Shown here one piece after another: positions 28,175 to 36,751 of a stretch of DNA of 64,000 bases. The position numbers and the translations under genes were made by a program. Every line of letters begins with the position of its first letter. Position 1 is the first letter of the stretch. The stretch comes from Gemmatimonadales bacterium (GTDB lineage: Bacteria > Gemmatimonadota > Gemmatimonadetes > Gemmatimonadales > GWC2-71-9): positions 192,001-256,000 of the forward strand of contig JBFJCP010000001.1 of NCBI GenBank assembly GCA_041615815.1, given 5' to 3'. The notes under the pieces are model-generated. The model saw only the letters and a program-made list of their open reading frames with translations, was not told where the DNA came from and searched no databases.

Positions 28175-29854
28175 ATGACTGTTACCAAGATTCCCTCCGA
28201 CATCGCGATCGCGCAGGCGGCAGCCTTGCGTCCAATCGCGGACGTAGCCGGCGATCTGGGTCTCGGCACGGACGATCTGATCCGCTACGGAGACGACAAG
28301 GCAAAGATCCGGCTTGATCAACTCGCCGCCCGCCCGCGCCGAGGCCGCCTGGTCCTGGTCACCGGTATCAACCCCACGCCGGCCGGGGAGGGGAAGTCGA
28401 CCGTGACGGTAGGGGTGGCCCAGGCGTTGCGCCGCATGGGACAGAACGTCCTCGTGTGCATTCGGGAACCGAGCCTGGGCCCGGTGTTTGGCATCAAAGG
28501 TGGGGCGGCCGGAGGGGGGTACGCACAGGTCGTACCCATGGAAGACATCAATCTCCACTTCACGGGAGATTTCCACGCCATCACCAGCGCGCACAATCTC
28601 CTCTCGGCCCTGCTCGACAACCACCTCCATCAGGGCAACCGCCTGGGCATTGACCACCGGCGTATCAGCTGGCCTCGGACCATCGACATGAACGACCGAG
28701 CGCTTCGGAACGCGGTCGTGGGCCTCGGGGGGGTATTGGGCGGTATCCCCAGACAAGAGCGTTTTGTCATTACGCCAGCCAGTGAGATCATGGCCGTCCT
28801 CGCCCTGGCCACCGATCTTGACGATCTGGAAGCACGCCTCGGACGCATCATTGTGGGGCTCACGCGGGATCGCACGGCGGTACGCGCCGACGAGCTCAAG
28901 GCCAACGGCGCGATGACCATGTTGCTAAAGGACGCCTTACTCCCCAATCTCGTTCAGACCCTGGAAGGGGGACCAGCCATCGTGCACTGCGGCCCGTTCG
29001 GCAATATCGCGCACGGATGCAATTCCCTCATCGCCACCGAAACGGCGCTCAAGCTCGCCGATATCGTCCTCACCGAGGCGGGCTTCGGCGCCGACCTGGG
29101 GGCCGAAAAGTTCTTCGACATCAAGTGCCGCGTCGGGGAGCTGCGACCCGAGGCGGCCGTCGTGGTCGCAACCATCCGTGCCCTCAAACTGCATGGCGGT
29201 GCGGCCAAGGATCGGCTGAGCGAGCCAGATGCCGCCGCCGTCGAGCGCGGATTCGCCAACCTCGGCCGCCACATCGAGAATGTCGGCAAGTTCGGCATAC
29301 CCGCCATTGTGGCGCTCAACCGATTCATCACGGACGCGGACGACGAGATCCAGGTCGTGCGGGAGCGCTGTGCCACCCTCGGTGCTCGGTTTGGGCTCTG
29401 CGAAGTATGGGAAAAGGGTGGCGAAGGTGGCCTCGAGATCGGTCAGGCCATCTTGAATGTGCTCGACGAGGGCAACGCCGATTTTCGACCACTGTACGAC
29501 CACACCGCGAGCATTCCGGACAAGATCGGGCGAATCGCCCAGGACATCTATGGTGCCGACGGTGTGGATTTCGACCCCGCGGCCACCCGAGCGATCCACC
29601 AGCTCGAGGCCGCCGGGCTCGGCGCCACACCGGTGTGCATGGCCAAGACGCAATACTCGTTCAGCGACGACCCCACTCGGATGGGCGCGCCAAGCGGCTT
29701 TCGCATTTCCGTACGGGATCTCTATCCGTCCGCGGGCGCGGGTTTCGTCGTCGCCCTCACTGGGGATGTCATGACGATGCCCGGCCTGGGGAAGACCCCA
29801 GCGGCGGAAAAAATGCGGGTCAACGCCAACGGTACGATCGAGGGACTGTTCTAG
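28175..29854 (+). CDS. fhs: Formate--tetrahydrofolate ligase
   Basis: PTPAGEGKST, GIKGGAAGGGY, EAGFGADLGAEKF and MTMPGL motifs. Confidence 0.97.
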   Translation: MTVTKIPSDIAIAQAAALRPIADVAGDLGLGTDDLIRYGDDKAKIRLDQLAARPRRGRLVLVTGINPTPAGEGKSTVTVGVAQALRRMGQNVLVCIREPSLGPVFGIKGGAAGGGYAQVVPMEDINLHFTGDFHAITSAHNLLSALLDNHLHQGNRLGIDHRRISWPRTIDMNDRALRNAVVGLGGVLGGIPRQERFVITPASEIMAVLALATDLDDLEARLGRIIVGLTRDRTAVRADELKANGAMTMLLKDALLPNLVQTLEGGPAIVHCGPFGNIAHGCNSLIATETALKLADIVLTEAGFGADLGAEKFFDIKCRVGELRPEAAVVVATIRALKLHGGAAKDRLSEPDAAAVERGFANLGRHIENVGKFGIPAIVALNRFITDADDEIQVVRERCATLGARFGLCEVWEKGGEGGLEIGQAILNVLDEGNADFRPLYDHTASIPDKIGRIAQDIYGADGVDFDPAATRAIHQLEAAGLGATPVCMAKTQYSFSDDPTRMGAPSGFRISVRDLYPSAGAGFVVALTGDVMTMPGLGKTPAAEKMRVNANGTIEGLF

Positions 29855-29952
29855 CCGCATGCCGTGAGCAGTGAGAAGTAGTGCGTAAGCGTTGAGGCGT
29901 GGGGGTGAGCGGGATCATCCACGGCCGATCATTCGCGACAAGGGGAGCGTCC

Positions 29953-30330
29953 ATGGACACGGTGGCCACGAAGAACGCACCACAAGCAATTGGCCCTTAC
30001 AGTCAAGCCGTCATTGCCGGTGATCTCGTGTTCACCGCGGGGCAGATTGCTCTGGACCCGGAGACGATGGAGGTGGCAGGCGCGGACGTCGCGCAGCAAA
30101 CCGACCGGGTCATGCGCAATCTGGCGGGCGTCCTGGACGCGGCCGGAAGTAACCTCTCGCGCGTGGTGAAGACCACGGTCTATCTTGCCAGTATGGACGA
30201 CTTCGTGGCGATGAACGAGGTATACGGAAAACACTTCGGTTCACATCGGCCCGCGCGGTCGACCGTCGAGGTCTCGGCCTTGCCCAAGAAGGTGCTCGTC
30301 GAGATCGACGCCATCGCCGTGCGCGGATGA
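29953..30330 (+). CDS. RidA family reactive intermediate deaminase
   Basis: AIGPYSQA, VVKTTVYL, PARSTV and VEIDAIA motifs; SD GGGGAG. Confidence 0.93.
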   Translation: MDTVATKNAPQAIGPYSQAVIAGDLVFTAGQIALDPETMEVAGADVAQQTDRVMRNLAGVLDAAGSNLSRVVKTTVYLASMDDFVAMNEVYGKHFGSHRPARSTVEVSALPKKVLVEIDAIAVRG

Positions 30331-30337
30331 CCTGCGC

Positions 30338-30434
30338 GGGAGCGGATTGGGTCTGGTGGCCTGCACGGTCTTCAAAACCGCTGGGAGGCGCCTGAGGCGA
30401 CTTCGGTGGGTTCGATTCCCACACGCTCCCGCCA
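30338..30434 (+). tRNA. selC: tRNA-Sec (anticodon TCA)
   Basis: 97 nt; 6-bp D stem with 4-nt loop; CT-TCA-AA anticodon loop; long variable arm; TTCGATT T loop; G73 and encoded CCA. Confidence 0.92.
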
Positions 30435-30442
30435 TGACGACC

Positions 30443-30566
30443 GTGGGGAGTGAGGAGTGAGCAGTGCGGAACCAGGAGGCCGTGAGCTTTGTGCTGGGCC
30501 AGCGCCTCGCACCAGACCCCTCACGGGGGTGGGGAGGGTGAGCATCGCTCACTCCTTACCCTTCAC
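30443..30566. repeat. 25-bp imperfect inverted repeat built from GTGAGNA-like heptamers
   Basis: GTGGGGAGTGAGGAGTGAGCAGTGC (30443-30467) pairs with GCATCGCTCACTCCTTACCCTTCAC (30542-30566) at 23 of 25 positions, counting G-U. Confidence 0.75.
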
Positions 30567-30592
30567 TGGGGCGCGGGTGACAGGGTAGGACC

Positions 30593-31498
30593 ATGGCGGC
30601 CGTCTCCGCCCTCATCATTCTCAACCCGCAAGCCGGCGGCGGCCGCGCGAGAAACAGCGCTGCCCGTCTCCTCCGCCGTGCCCGCTCCCTGGGCTGGGAC
30701 GTGGCGCTTCGTCTGACGGAACACCCGGGACATGAAGTGTCGCTCGCGGAGGAAGGGCGGCGGGAGTCCTGGCCCCTGATCATCGCGGCCGGCGGGGACG
30801 GGACGGTGCACGGCGTCGCCAACGGACTGCTCGCGGACGGCAAGACCGACGTCGTCCTCGGACACGTGCCCATTGGCAACGGGAACGATTTCGCTCGGGC
30901 CATTGGCCTCGATTCGCGCTCGCCCGAAAAAAACCTCGCCGCCCTCGCCGCCGGGCGCGTGAAAACGCTCGACGTGGGCCAAGCACTCGGCGAGATCTTC
31001 GTCAATGGTCTGGGGGTGGGTTTCAGCGCCGCCGTGGTGAGCCGCCTTCTCGAGTTCAAGCACCTTCGCGGGTTCCCGCTGTACCTGGCCGCCACGTACC
31101 GGACGTTTGCGTCCTTCCAGGCGCCGATGCTGGACGTCAAGTCGGAGAGCCACGCCGAGCACGGACGTCTGATGATGGTGGAGGTCACCAACGGCCCCAC
31201 TGCCGGTGGCGGATTCCGGTTGACACCGGGCGCCACACCCGACGACGGGGTCTTTGACGTGTGTGTGATTCGCAAGGTCGGCCTCCTCCGGTTCCTGCGC
31301 TCGCTCCCCTCGGTCGTGCGGGGCACGCACGGGCGACTGGACGAGGTGACGCTGTTTCGCACACGCCATATCCGACTCGCCGGGTGCGCGGGCGAGCAGC
31401 TGACATATCACCTCGACGGCGAACTGCGAGAAGGGATCGGGGAACCCGTGGACGTGCGTCTGCTTCCTCAGCAACTCAAGGTGTTATGCGCGGGCTGA
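30593..31498 (+). CDS. Diacylglycerol/lipid kinase family protein (YegS/DagK-like)
   Basis: NPQAGGG, AAGGDGT, P.GNGNDFAR and LDGE motifs. Confidence 0.9.
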   Translation: MAAVSALIILNPQAGGGRARNSAARLLRRARSLGWDVALRLTEHPGHEVSLAEEGRRESWPLIIAAGGDGTVHGVANGLLADGKTDVVLGHVPIGNGNDFARAIGLDSRSPEKNLAALAAGRVKTLDVGQALGEIFVNGLGVGFSAAVVSRLLEFKHLRGFPLYLAATYRTFASFQAPMLDVKSESHAEHGRLMMVEVTNGPTAGGGFRLTPGATPDDGVFDVCVIRKVGLLRFLRSLPSVVRGTHGRLDEVTLFRTRHIRLAGCAGEQLTYHLDGELREGIGEPVDVRLLPQQLKVLCAG

Positions 31499-31977
31499 TC
31501 GTGCTCGCTGCCCTCGTGTGCATGCCACTCGTCGCAGCACATGCGCAGGTGCCGCAACCCCCACCGCAACGCCAGCCCTCTCCGAGGGACACGATCAAAG
31601 TTCCCCAATTCCGTATCGATCCTCCGGTGTCCCCGCTTGGCGCCATGTGGCGCTCCCTGCTGCTTCCGGGCTGGGGGCAGTCGATTCTGGGCCGCCGCGT
31701 GACGGGAGCGGCGTTCATATTCTGGGAGGGGCTGACCATCGCAATGACGGCGAAGTCGATTGCCCAATTGGACTACCAGGAGGATGTCGAGGCCGAGACG
31801 GTCGCGGAAAAGCGCCAAGAGGTGCAGGACTGGGCCATTCTGTGGGGCTTCAACCACCTTCTGGCCGCCGCGGACGCGTTCGTCGCCGCGCAACTCTGGG
31901 ATTTTCCAACCGAGCTCGAGGCCCGGAGGCTCCCGAGCGGGGACACGGCGGTCGGGCTCAGAGTATATTGGGATTGA
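31486..31977 (+). CDS. Exported/membrane hypothetical protein (DUF5683-like)
   Basis: Signal peptide; 'A..RSLLLPGWGQ' motif; hydrophobic helices; 'DAFVAAQL'. Confidence 0.6.
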   Translation: MRGLIVLAALVCMPLVAAHAQVPQPPPQRQPSPRDTIKVPQFRIDPPVSPLGAMWRSLLLPGWGQSILGRRVTGAAFIFWEGLTIAMTAKSIAQLDYQEDVEAETVAEKRQEVQDWAILWGFNHLLAAADAFVAAQLWDFPTELEARRLPSGDTAVGLRVYWD

Positions 31978-32698
31978 ATTGCTGGAGGACCGGCCCCGCC
32001 TCCGTGATCTCGAGATACCGAAAACCCTCCATCCACGCTCCTGGGTTGGCATACCAGCGGCGCTCACCCATCGATTCGAGCACTGGGCGATGCGTGTGCC
32101 CGAAGACCACGAGGTCCAGCTCCGGGCGCGTTGCCAGCAGGTTGGTCGCATAGGCGGACTGTTGCGCTGCTGAACTCGCCAAGACGTGTGCCCGGCGAGT
32201 GTCTCCTGCCACCTGCCCGGAGAAGCGTTTCACCATTCGCAGCCCAAGATCGGGATGGATCCAGCGAAAAACCCGTGGCGTCAGCGGAAACCGGGTGAGC
32301 GCCTGGAGGACACGCGAGCTGAGGTTGCGCTCCATTCCGTCCCCGTGGGCGACCAACGCGCGCCACCCCGCCAGTGACAGCTCCACCCCGTGGCGATGGA
32401 ACGAGGCCCCGAGTTCTCGTTCCCAAAACGACCCTCCCCACCGATCGTGGTTGCCACCGATCACGGTCACGCGCGTGCCGGCGTCCCGTACCGCCGCGAG
32501 CGCGGCCAGGGTCCTGAACGCCGAGCGGGGAATGACCGTACGGTACTCGAACCAAAAATCGAAGAGGTCACCGTTGATCACCAGGTGAAACGCCCGATTT
32601 GGCAGGCTGCGGAGAAACGCGTGAAACGCCTCCGTCACCACCGGCGGCGCTTGGCCCAAGTGGGCGTCGGATACGACGATCGCAGCGGGCCGTGTCAC
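31958..32698 (-). CDS. lpxH: UDP-2,3-diacylglucosamine hydrolase-like metallophosphoesterase
   Basis: SDAHLG, GDLFDFW, GNHD, HGD and GHTH motifs; GTG start at 32698. Confidence 0.85.
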   Translation of the reverse strand: MTRPAAIVVSDAHLGQAPPVVTEAFHAFLRSLPNRAFHLVINGDLFDFWFEYRTVIPRSAFRTLAALAAVRDAGTRVTVIGGNHDRWGGSFWERELGASFHRHGVELSLAGWRALVAHGDGMERNLSSRVLQALTRFPLTPRVFRWIHPDLGLRMVKRFSGQVAGDTRRAHVLASSAAQQSAYATNLLATRPELDLVVFGHTHRPVLESMGERRWYANPGAWMEGFRYLEITEAGPVLQQFNPNIL

Positions 32699-32704
32699 GG
32701 CGGC

Positions 32705-32777
32705 AGTATAGGAGTGCACCGACGACTCTCGCAACCTCCTGTCGTTATTGACTTTTGAGTCGGGAGCACCTTAATTT
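32705..32777. promoter_or_regulatory. Divergent sigma70-type promoters (lpxH / BMC operon)
   Basis: Minus strand TTGCGA-18-TATACT (32734-32705); plus strand TTGACT-18-TAATTT (32748-32777). Confidence 0.6.
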
Positions 32778-32820
32778 GCTCCCGCTCCCACCCACCCGTG
32801 CTCCCATTGGAGGAGGCTCG

Positions 32821-33105
32821 ATGTCCGATAATGCGTTGGGGCTCATTGAAACGCGCGGCCTCGTAGGGTCGATCGAGGCGGCTGACGCCATGGTCAAAGC
32901 CGCCCCCGTCCGGCTGGTCGGGAAGGAGAAGGTCGGCGGCGGTTATGTGACCGTCATGGTTCGTGGCGACGTCGGGGCCGTCAAAGCCGCCACCGACGCC
33001 GGCGCGGCCGCCGCGGACCGAGTGGGGGAACTGGTCTCCGTCCACGTCATCCCGCGGCCGCATCAAGAGATCGAGCTGATCCTACCGCAGCGCGACGAGG
33101 GTTAA
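32821..33105 (+). CDS. BMC-H shell protein (EutM/PduA-like)
   Basis: [29 protein letters not shown] and HVIPRPH motifs; SD GGAGGAGG. Confidence 0.96.
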   Translation: MSDNALGLIETRGLVGSIEAADAMVKAAPVRLVGKEKVGGGYVTVMVRGDVGAVKAATDAGAAAADRVGELVSVHVIPRPHQEIELILPQRDEG

Positions 33106-33108
33106 CTC

Positions 33109-33594
33109 GTGGCCTGGTCGGGCCGGGCCCTCGGGCTGATCGAGACGCGGGGATTAGTCGGCGCGCTCGAAGCCGCGGATGCGGGAGTGAAGGCCGCTGA
33201 CGTCGAGCTGGTGGGAGTAGAGTATGCCGACGCGGGGCTGATCACGGTGCATTTCCAGGGTGACGTAGCCGCGGCGAAAGCGGCGGTGGATGCCGGTGCT
33301 GCCGCCGCCGAGCGGGTGGGTCAGCTCGTCTCGGTCCACGTAATCCCGCAGCCGGATCCCGGCATCGACGTCATTGCCGATGAGGTGCACGGCGCCAACA
33401 CCGCCGATATAGGCACGGGGAGTGGGGGAAGCTCCAGTGTGGTCCCGGACCCCGCCCGGCTGCGCTCCATGAAAGTCGTGGAGCTCCGGCGCGCCGCGCG
33501 GCGCGTGAAACACTTCCCGATCCAAGGCCGCGCCCTCGCCAGGGCAAGCCGGGAAGAGATTCTCCAGGGCTTCGAGAGCCTGGGGATGTTGTGA
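33109..33594 (+). CDS. BMC-H shell protein with C-terminal helical extension
   Basis: BMC domain, Gly/Ser linker, then 'LRSMKVVELRRAAR...ASREEILQ' (Rho-N/HeH-like). Confidence 0.9.
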   Translation: MAWSGRALGLIETRGLVGALEAADAGVKAADVELVGVEYADAGLITVHFQGDVAAAKAAVDAGAAAAERVGQLVSVHVIPQPDPGIDVIADEVHGANTADIGTGSGGSSSVVPDPARLRSMKVVELRRAARRVKHFPIQGRALARASREEILQGFESLGML

Positions 33595-33694
33595 GGGAGA
33601 TGCGTCATCCCCCTGCCGTCACCGCCGCTCCTGCCCCTATCCATGCGGCAGCGGCGGCGGCTGAGTCCCTCGCCGGTCCACTCCCCGCCTAGCC

Positions 33695-35209
33695 ATGGAC
33701 CGCGATCTCCAATCCATCCAAGAAGCACGCGATCTCGTGGCTCGTGGGCACATGGCGGCGGAGGCGTTCAAACGGGCCTCGCAAGATCAAGTCGATCGGA
33801 TCGTCGCCGCGATGGGGGTTGCCACGGAACGCGAAGCCGAACGTCTCGCGCGACTGGCGGTGGATGAAACTCGGATGGGGCGGTATGAAGACAAGATTGT
33901 CAAGAATCGCTTCAGCGCCGTCGATGTTCGAAACTACATCCTGCCGCTCAAGACGTGTGGCATCATTCGCGAAGTCTCCGATGTTCGCGTGCGTGAGCTA
34001 GCCGTTCCCATGGGCGTCGTGGCGGCGCTCATTCCCACCACCAATCCCACGTCGACTGCCATCTACAAGGCGTTGATCGCCGTCAAGGCGCGAAACGCCA
34101 TCGTGATGTCGCCGCACCCGCGCGCCACCGATTGTGTCGTGGAGACCGCGCGGATCATGCAGGAAGCAGCCAGTGCCGCGGGGGCTCCCGAGAATCTCGT
34201 ACAGTCGATGGCCACGCCGACCGTCGAAGGAACCAACGAGCTCATGCGGCATCGCCGAACGGCCGTCATCCTCGCCACCGGCGGCTACGCGATGGTGCGG
34301 GCAGCCTACAGCTCGGGAAAACCCGCCTACGGGGTCGGGCCCGGCAACGTGCCGGCCATCGTCGAGCGCACGGCGGACGTCCCCAAAGCCGTGGCCGATA
34401 TCGTGGCCGGCAAGAACTTCGACTACGGCTTGCTGTGTTCGGCGGAGAATTCGTTGATATGCGATCGCCCCGTCGAGAGCCAAGTCCGGGCGGAGTTGCG
34501 ACGCCAACGCGCCGTGTTCGTGGCGGGTGCGGATCGCGAGCGACTCCAACGCGTCATGCAAGACCGCAAAACTGGGGGCATCAACACTGCTATCGTTGGG
34601 CTGCCAGCCACCGAGATTGCGCAGCGCGCGGGCCTCGGCGTGCCGGGCGACACGCGCATCTTGGTGGTCGAGTGTACCACGGTCGGACCAGAGGAGCTGT
34701 TTTCGCGCGAAAAGCTCTCGCCGGTGTTGGCGTTCTATGTTGAGGATGGGTGGGAGCGCTGCTGCGAGCGCAGCATCGAGCTGCTGAATTTTGGCGGGGT
34801 AGGGCACTCGCTCGTCATCCATAGCCGCGACGAGCACGTCATCCAGCGGTTCTTCGAAGAGAAACCGGCGTTTCGTATTCTCGTCAATACGGTGGCGGCG
34901 GTGGGCGCGGTCGGCTACACAACTGGGCTCGCGCCGGCGATGACCCTAGGCCCTGGAACCTGGGGCGGATCGTCCACCAGCGACAACATCACGCCGCTGC
35001 ATCTGGTCAACGTGAAACGGTTGGCGTACGAGACGAGACCGTACACGGCCGTGGATGCGGTGCCCTTGGCGGATCGGCCGATCGGCAAATCGACCGCGCA
35101 TCGCCAAACCGCCGACCCACATGGCCGTTCGGCCACCGATCCGTCTTCCGAGATCTCCGCAGCCGTTGAGGCATTTCTCGCCGAACGACGCGCCGGGAGA
35201 CGCGTATGA
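33695..35209 (+). CDS. BMC-type acylating aldehyde dehydrogenase (EutE-like)
   Basis: DRDLQSIQEAR start, PTTNPTST, GVGPGN, catalytic LCSAE, EKLSP; C-terminal amphipathic encapsulation-peptide-like helix. Confidence 0.92.
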   Translation: MDRDLQSIQEARDLVARGHMAAEAFKRASQDQVDRIVAAMGVATEREAERLARLAVDETRMGRYEDKIVKNRFSAVDVRNYILPLKTCGIIREVSDVRVRELAVPMGVVAALIPTTNPTSTAIYKALIAVKARNAIVMSPHPRATDCVVETARIMQEAASAAGAPENLVQSMATPTVEGTNELMRHRRTAVILATGGYAMVRAAYSSGKPAYGVGPGNVPAIVERTADVPKAVADIVAGKNFDYGLLCSAENSLICDRPVESQVRAELRRQRAVFVAGADRERLQRVMQDRKTGGINTAIVGLPATEIAQRAGLGVPGDTRILVVECTTVGPEELFSREKLSPVLAFYVEDGWERCCERSIELLNFGGVGHSLVIHSRDEHVIQRFFEEKPAFRILVNTVAAVGAVGYTTGLAPAMTLGPGTWGGSSTSDNITPLHLVNVKRLAYETRPYTAVDAVPLADRPIGKSTAHRQTADPHGRSATDPSSEISAAVEAFLAERRAGRRV

Positions 35210-36282
35210 CTCCCGAGGAGATGCGCACCCTCGCCCGGCGAATCGCCGAGAAGCTCCAATCGGCCACAGGATCCGAGACTCCCAGCTCCCCCGCCGCTTG
35301 GGTACCGTCTCCGATGCGTCCGGCACCCCCGGGGCCCCCCACCCCCGGCCAGCTTCCGCCGTGGGCGGCTGCCGCCCAATCGCTCAGCGATGTCGCGCCG
35401 ATTCCGGGACGCAGGACGAACTCGGGCCGGCACCGGCCAGCGTACGACGCCATCACCGCCGCCTGGCGGGGCGCTGCCGCCGGACGGGCACCGGCACCCC
35501 TTCCCGGGGGGCGGGCGACCGCGGCTGAGCGTGCGGCGGCCGGACGGACGGTCCCTATCGGGATCTCCAATCGACACATCCACATCACCCAGCAGGATTT
35601 CGAAACCCTGTTCGGCGCCGGGAAACGTCCGCAGCCCGATCGCCCCATCACGCAGCCCGGGCAGTTCGCGGCGAGGGAACGCGCCCGCGTCGTTGGTCCC
35701 ACGGGCGCCGTCGAGGGTATCCGCATCGTTGGACCCACACGTCAGGCAACGCAGGTCGAGCTCTCGATGAGCGACTGCCGGGGTATCGGGCTGGACGCCC
35801 CCATCCGGCCGTCCGGCCATATCGCCGGGAGTGCCGCCGTGCGCCTCGAGGGACCCGCCGGATCGGTCGATCTCGCCGAGGGTGCCATTGTCGCTGCGCG
35901 GCACGTGCACGTGGCGCCAACCGACGCCGCGCGGCTCGGACTTGCCGACGGTGACCGGATTACCCTCGCCGTGGGCAGGGGAGATCGGCATACGACACTC
36001 CATGATGTGCTCGTGCGCTCGGGGGAGACCCACGCGACCGAGTTGCATCTGGACACGGATGAAGCGAGCGCGTTAGGGGTCCAAACGGGTGACCGTGCCG
36101 TGATCGTGGGCAAGGCAAGTCCCAAACGGAGCAGCGGACGCGGACCGCGTCCGCTGCTCACCGAACGAGACGTCGCGAGACTGGCCGCTTCGGGCGAGAA
36201 ACTGGGACCGGCCAGTACCTACTTGGTGACCCCAGCCGCTCGTGACCGCGCCAAGGCGCTTGGCATCTGGATGGATCGATAG
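35206..36282 (+). CDS. pduL: PduL-type phosphotransacylase with N- and C-terminal extensions
   Basis: ISNRHIH, QPGQFA, TQVELS, ARHVH and ELHLDTDEA motifs. Confidence 0.92.
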   Translation: MTPEEMRTLARRIAEKLQSATGSETPSSPAAWVPSPMRPAPPGPPTPGQLPPWAAAAQSLSDVAPIPGRRTNSGRHRPAYDAITAAWRGAAAGRAPAPLPGGRATAAERAAAGRTVPIGISNRHIHITQQDFETLFGAGKRPQPDRPITQPGQFAARERARVVGPTGAVEGIRIVGPTRQATQVELSMSDCRGIGLDAPIRPSGHIAGSAAVRLEGPAGSVDLAEGAIVAARHVHVAPTDAARLGLADGDRITLAVGRGDRHTTLHDVLVRSGETHATELHLDTDEASALGVQTGDRAVIVGKASPKRSSGRGPRPLLTERDVARLAASGEKLGPASTYLVTPAARDRAKALGIWMDR

Positions 36283-36283
36283 C

Positions 36284-36751
36284 GTGGCGCGAGTCGAGGA
36301 TCCCGCGGCGCCTTCCACCCCTTTGGCCGGTTCTACCATCACAACGTTCGAACTCCGCGTCCGCTACGCTGAAACAGACCAAATGGGCATTGCCCATCAT
36401 GCGAACTACCTCATCTGGTGCGAGGCCGCCCGGACCGACCACATGCGCCACCGGGGCGTGAGCTATCGGGCGCTCGAGGAACGCGGCATCCGACTACCCG
36501 TCGTGGATGCGCAACTCCGCTATCGAGCCGCTGCACGCTACGACGATCTGGTTCGGGTGCGGTGCTGGGTGCGCGAAGCATCCAGCCGCCGCGTGACCTT
36601 CGGCTACGCCATCGAATGCGCCGCCGACGATCGGTTGCTTGCCACCGCCAGCACCGCCTTGATCGCGGTAGATTCGAAGCATGTTGTCACCCGCCTGCCC
36701 GGCGAAGTTCGCGATCGGCTCGTTCCCGTTCCCGATCCGGTTCGCGTGTAG
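36284..36751 (+). CDS. Acyl-CoA thioesterase (YbgC/4HBT family)
   Basis: VRYAETDQMG..HHANYL...E.AR and YDD motifs. Confidence 0.9.
   Translation: MARVEDPAAPSTPLAGSTITTFELRVRYAETDQMGIAHHANYLIWCEAARTDHMRHRGVSYRALEERGIRLPVVDAQLRYRAAARYDDLVRVRCWVREASSRRVTFGYAIECAADDRLLATASTALIAVDSKHVVTRLPGEVRDRLVPVPDPVRV

Noticed and set aside
28160..28180. tatD and fhs are in the same frame, separated only by TGA-TCC (possible Sec read-through fusion)
   Set aside because: Both proteins are complete on their own, the UGA is not at a catalytic position, and no convincing SECIS hairpin follows
30110..30424. ORFs overlapping tRNA genes (MWESNPP..., also 52047-52392 and 62566-62763)
   Set aside because: Translations of tRNA sequence, not proteins
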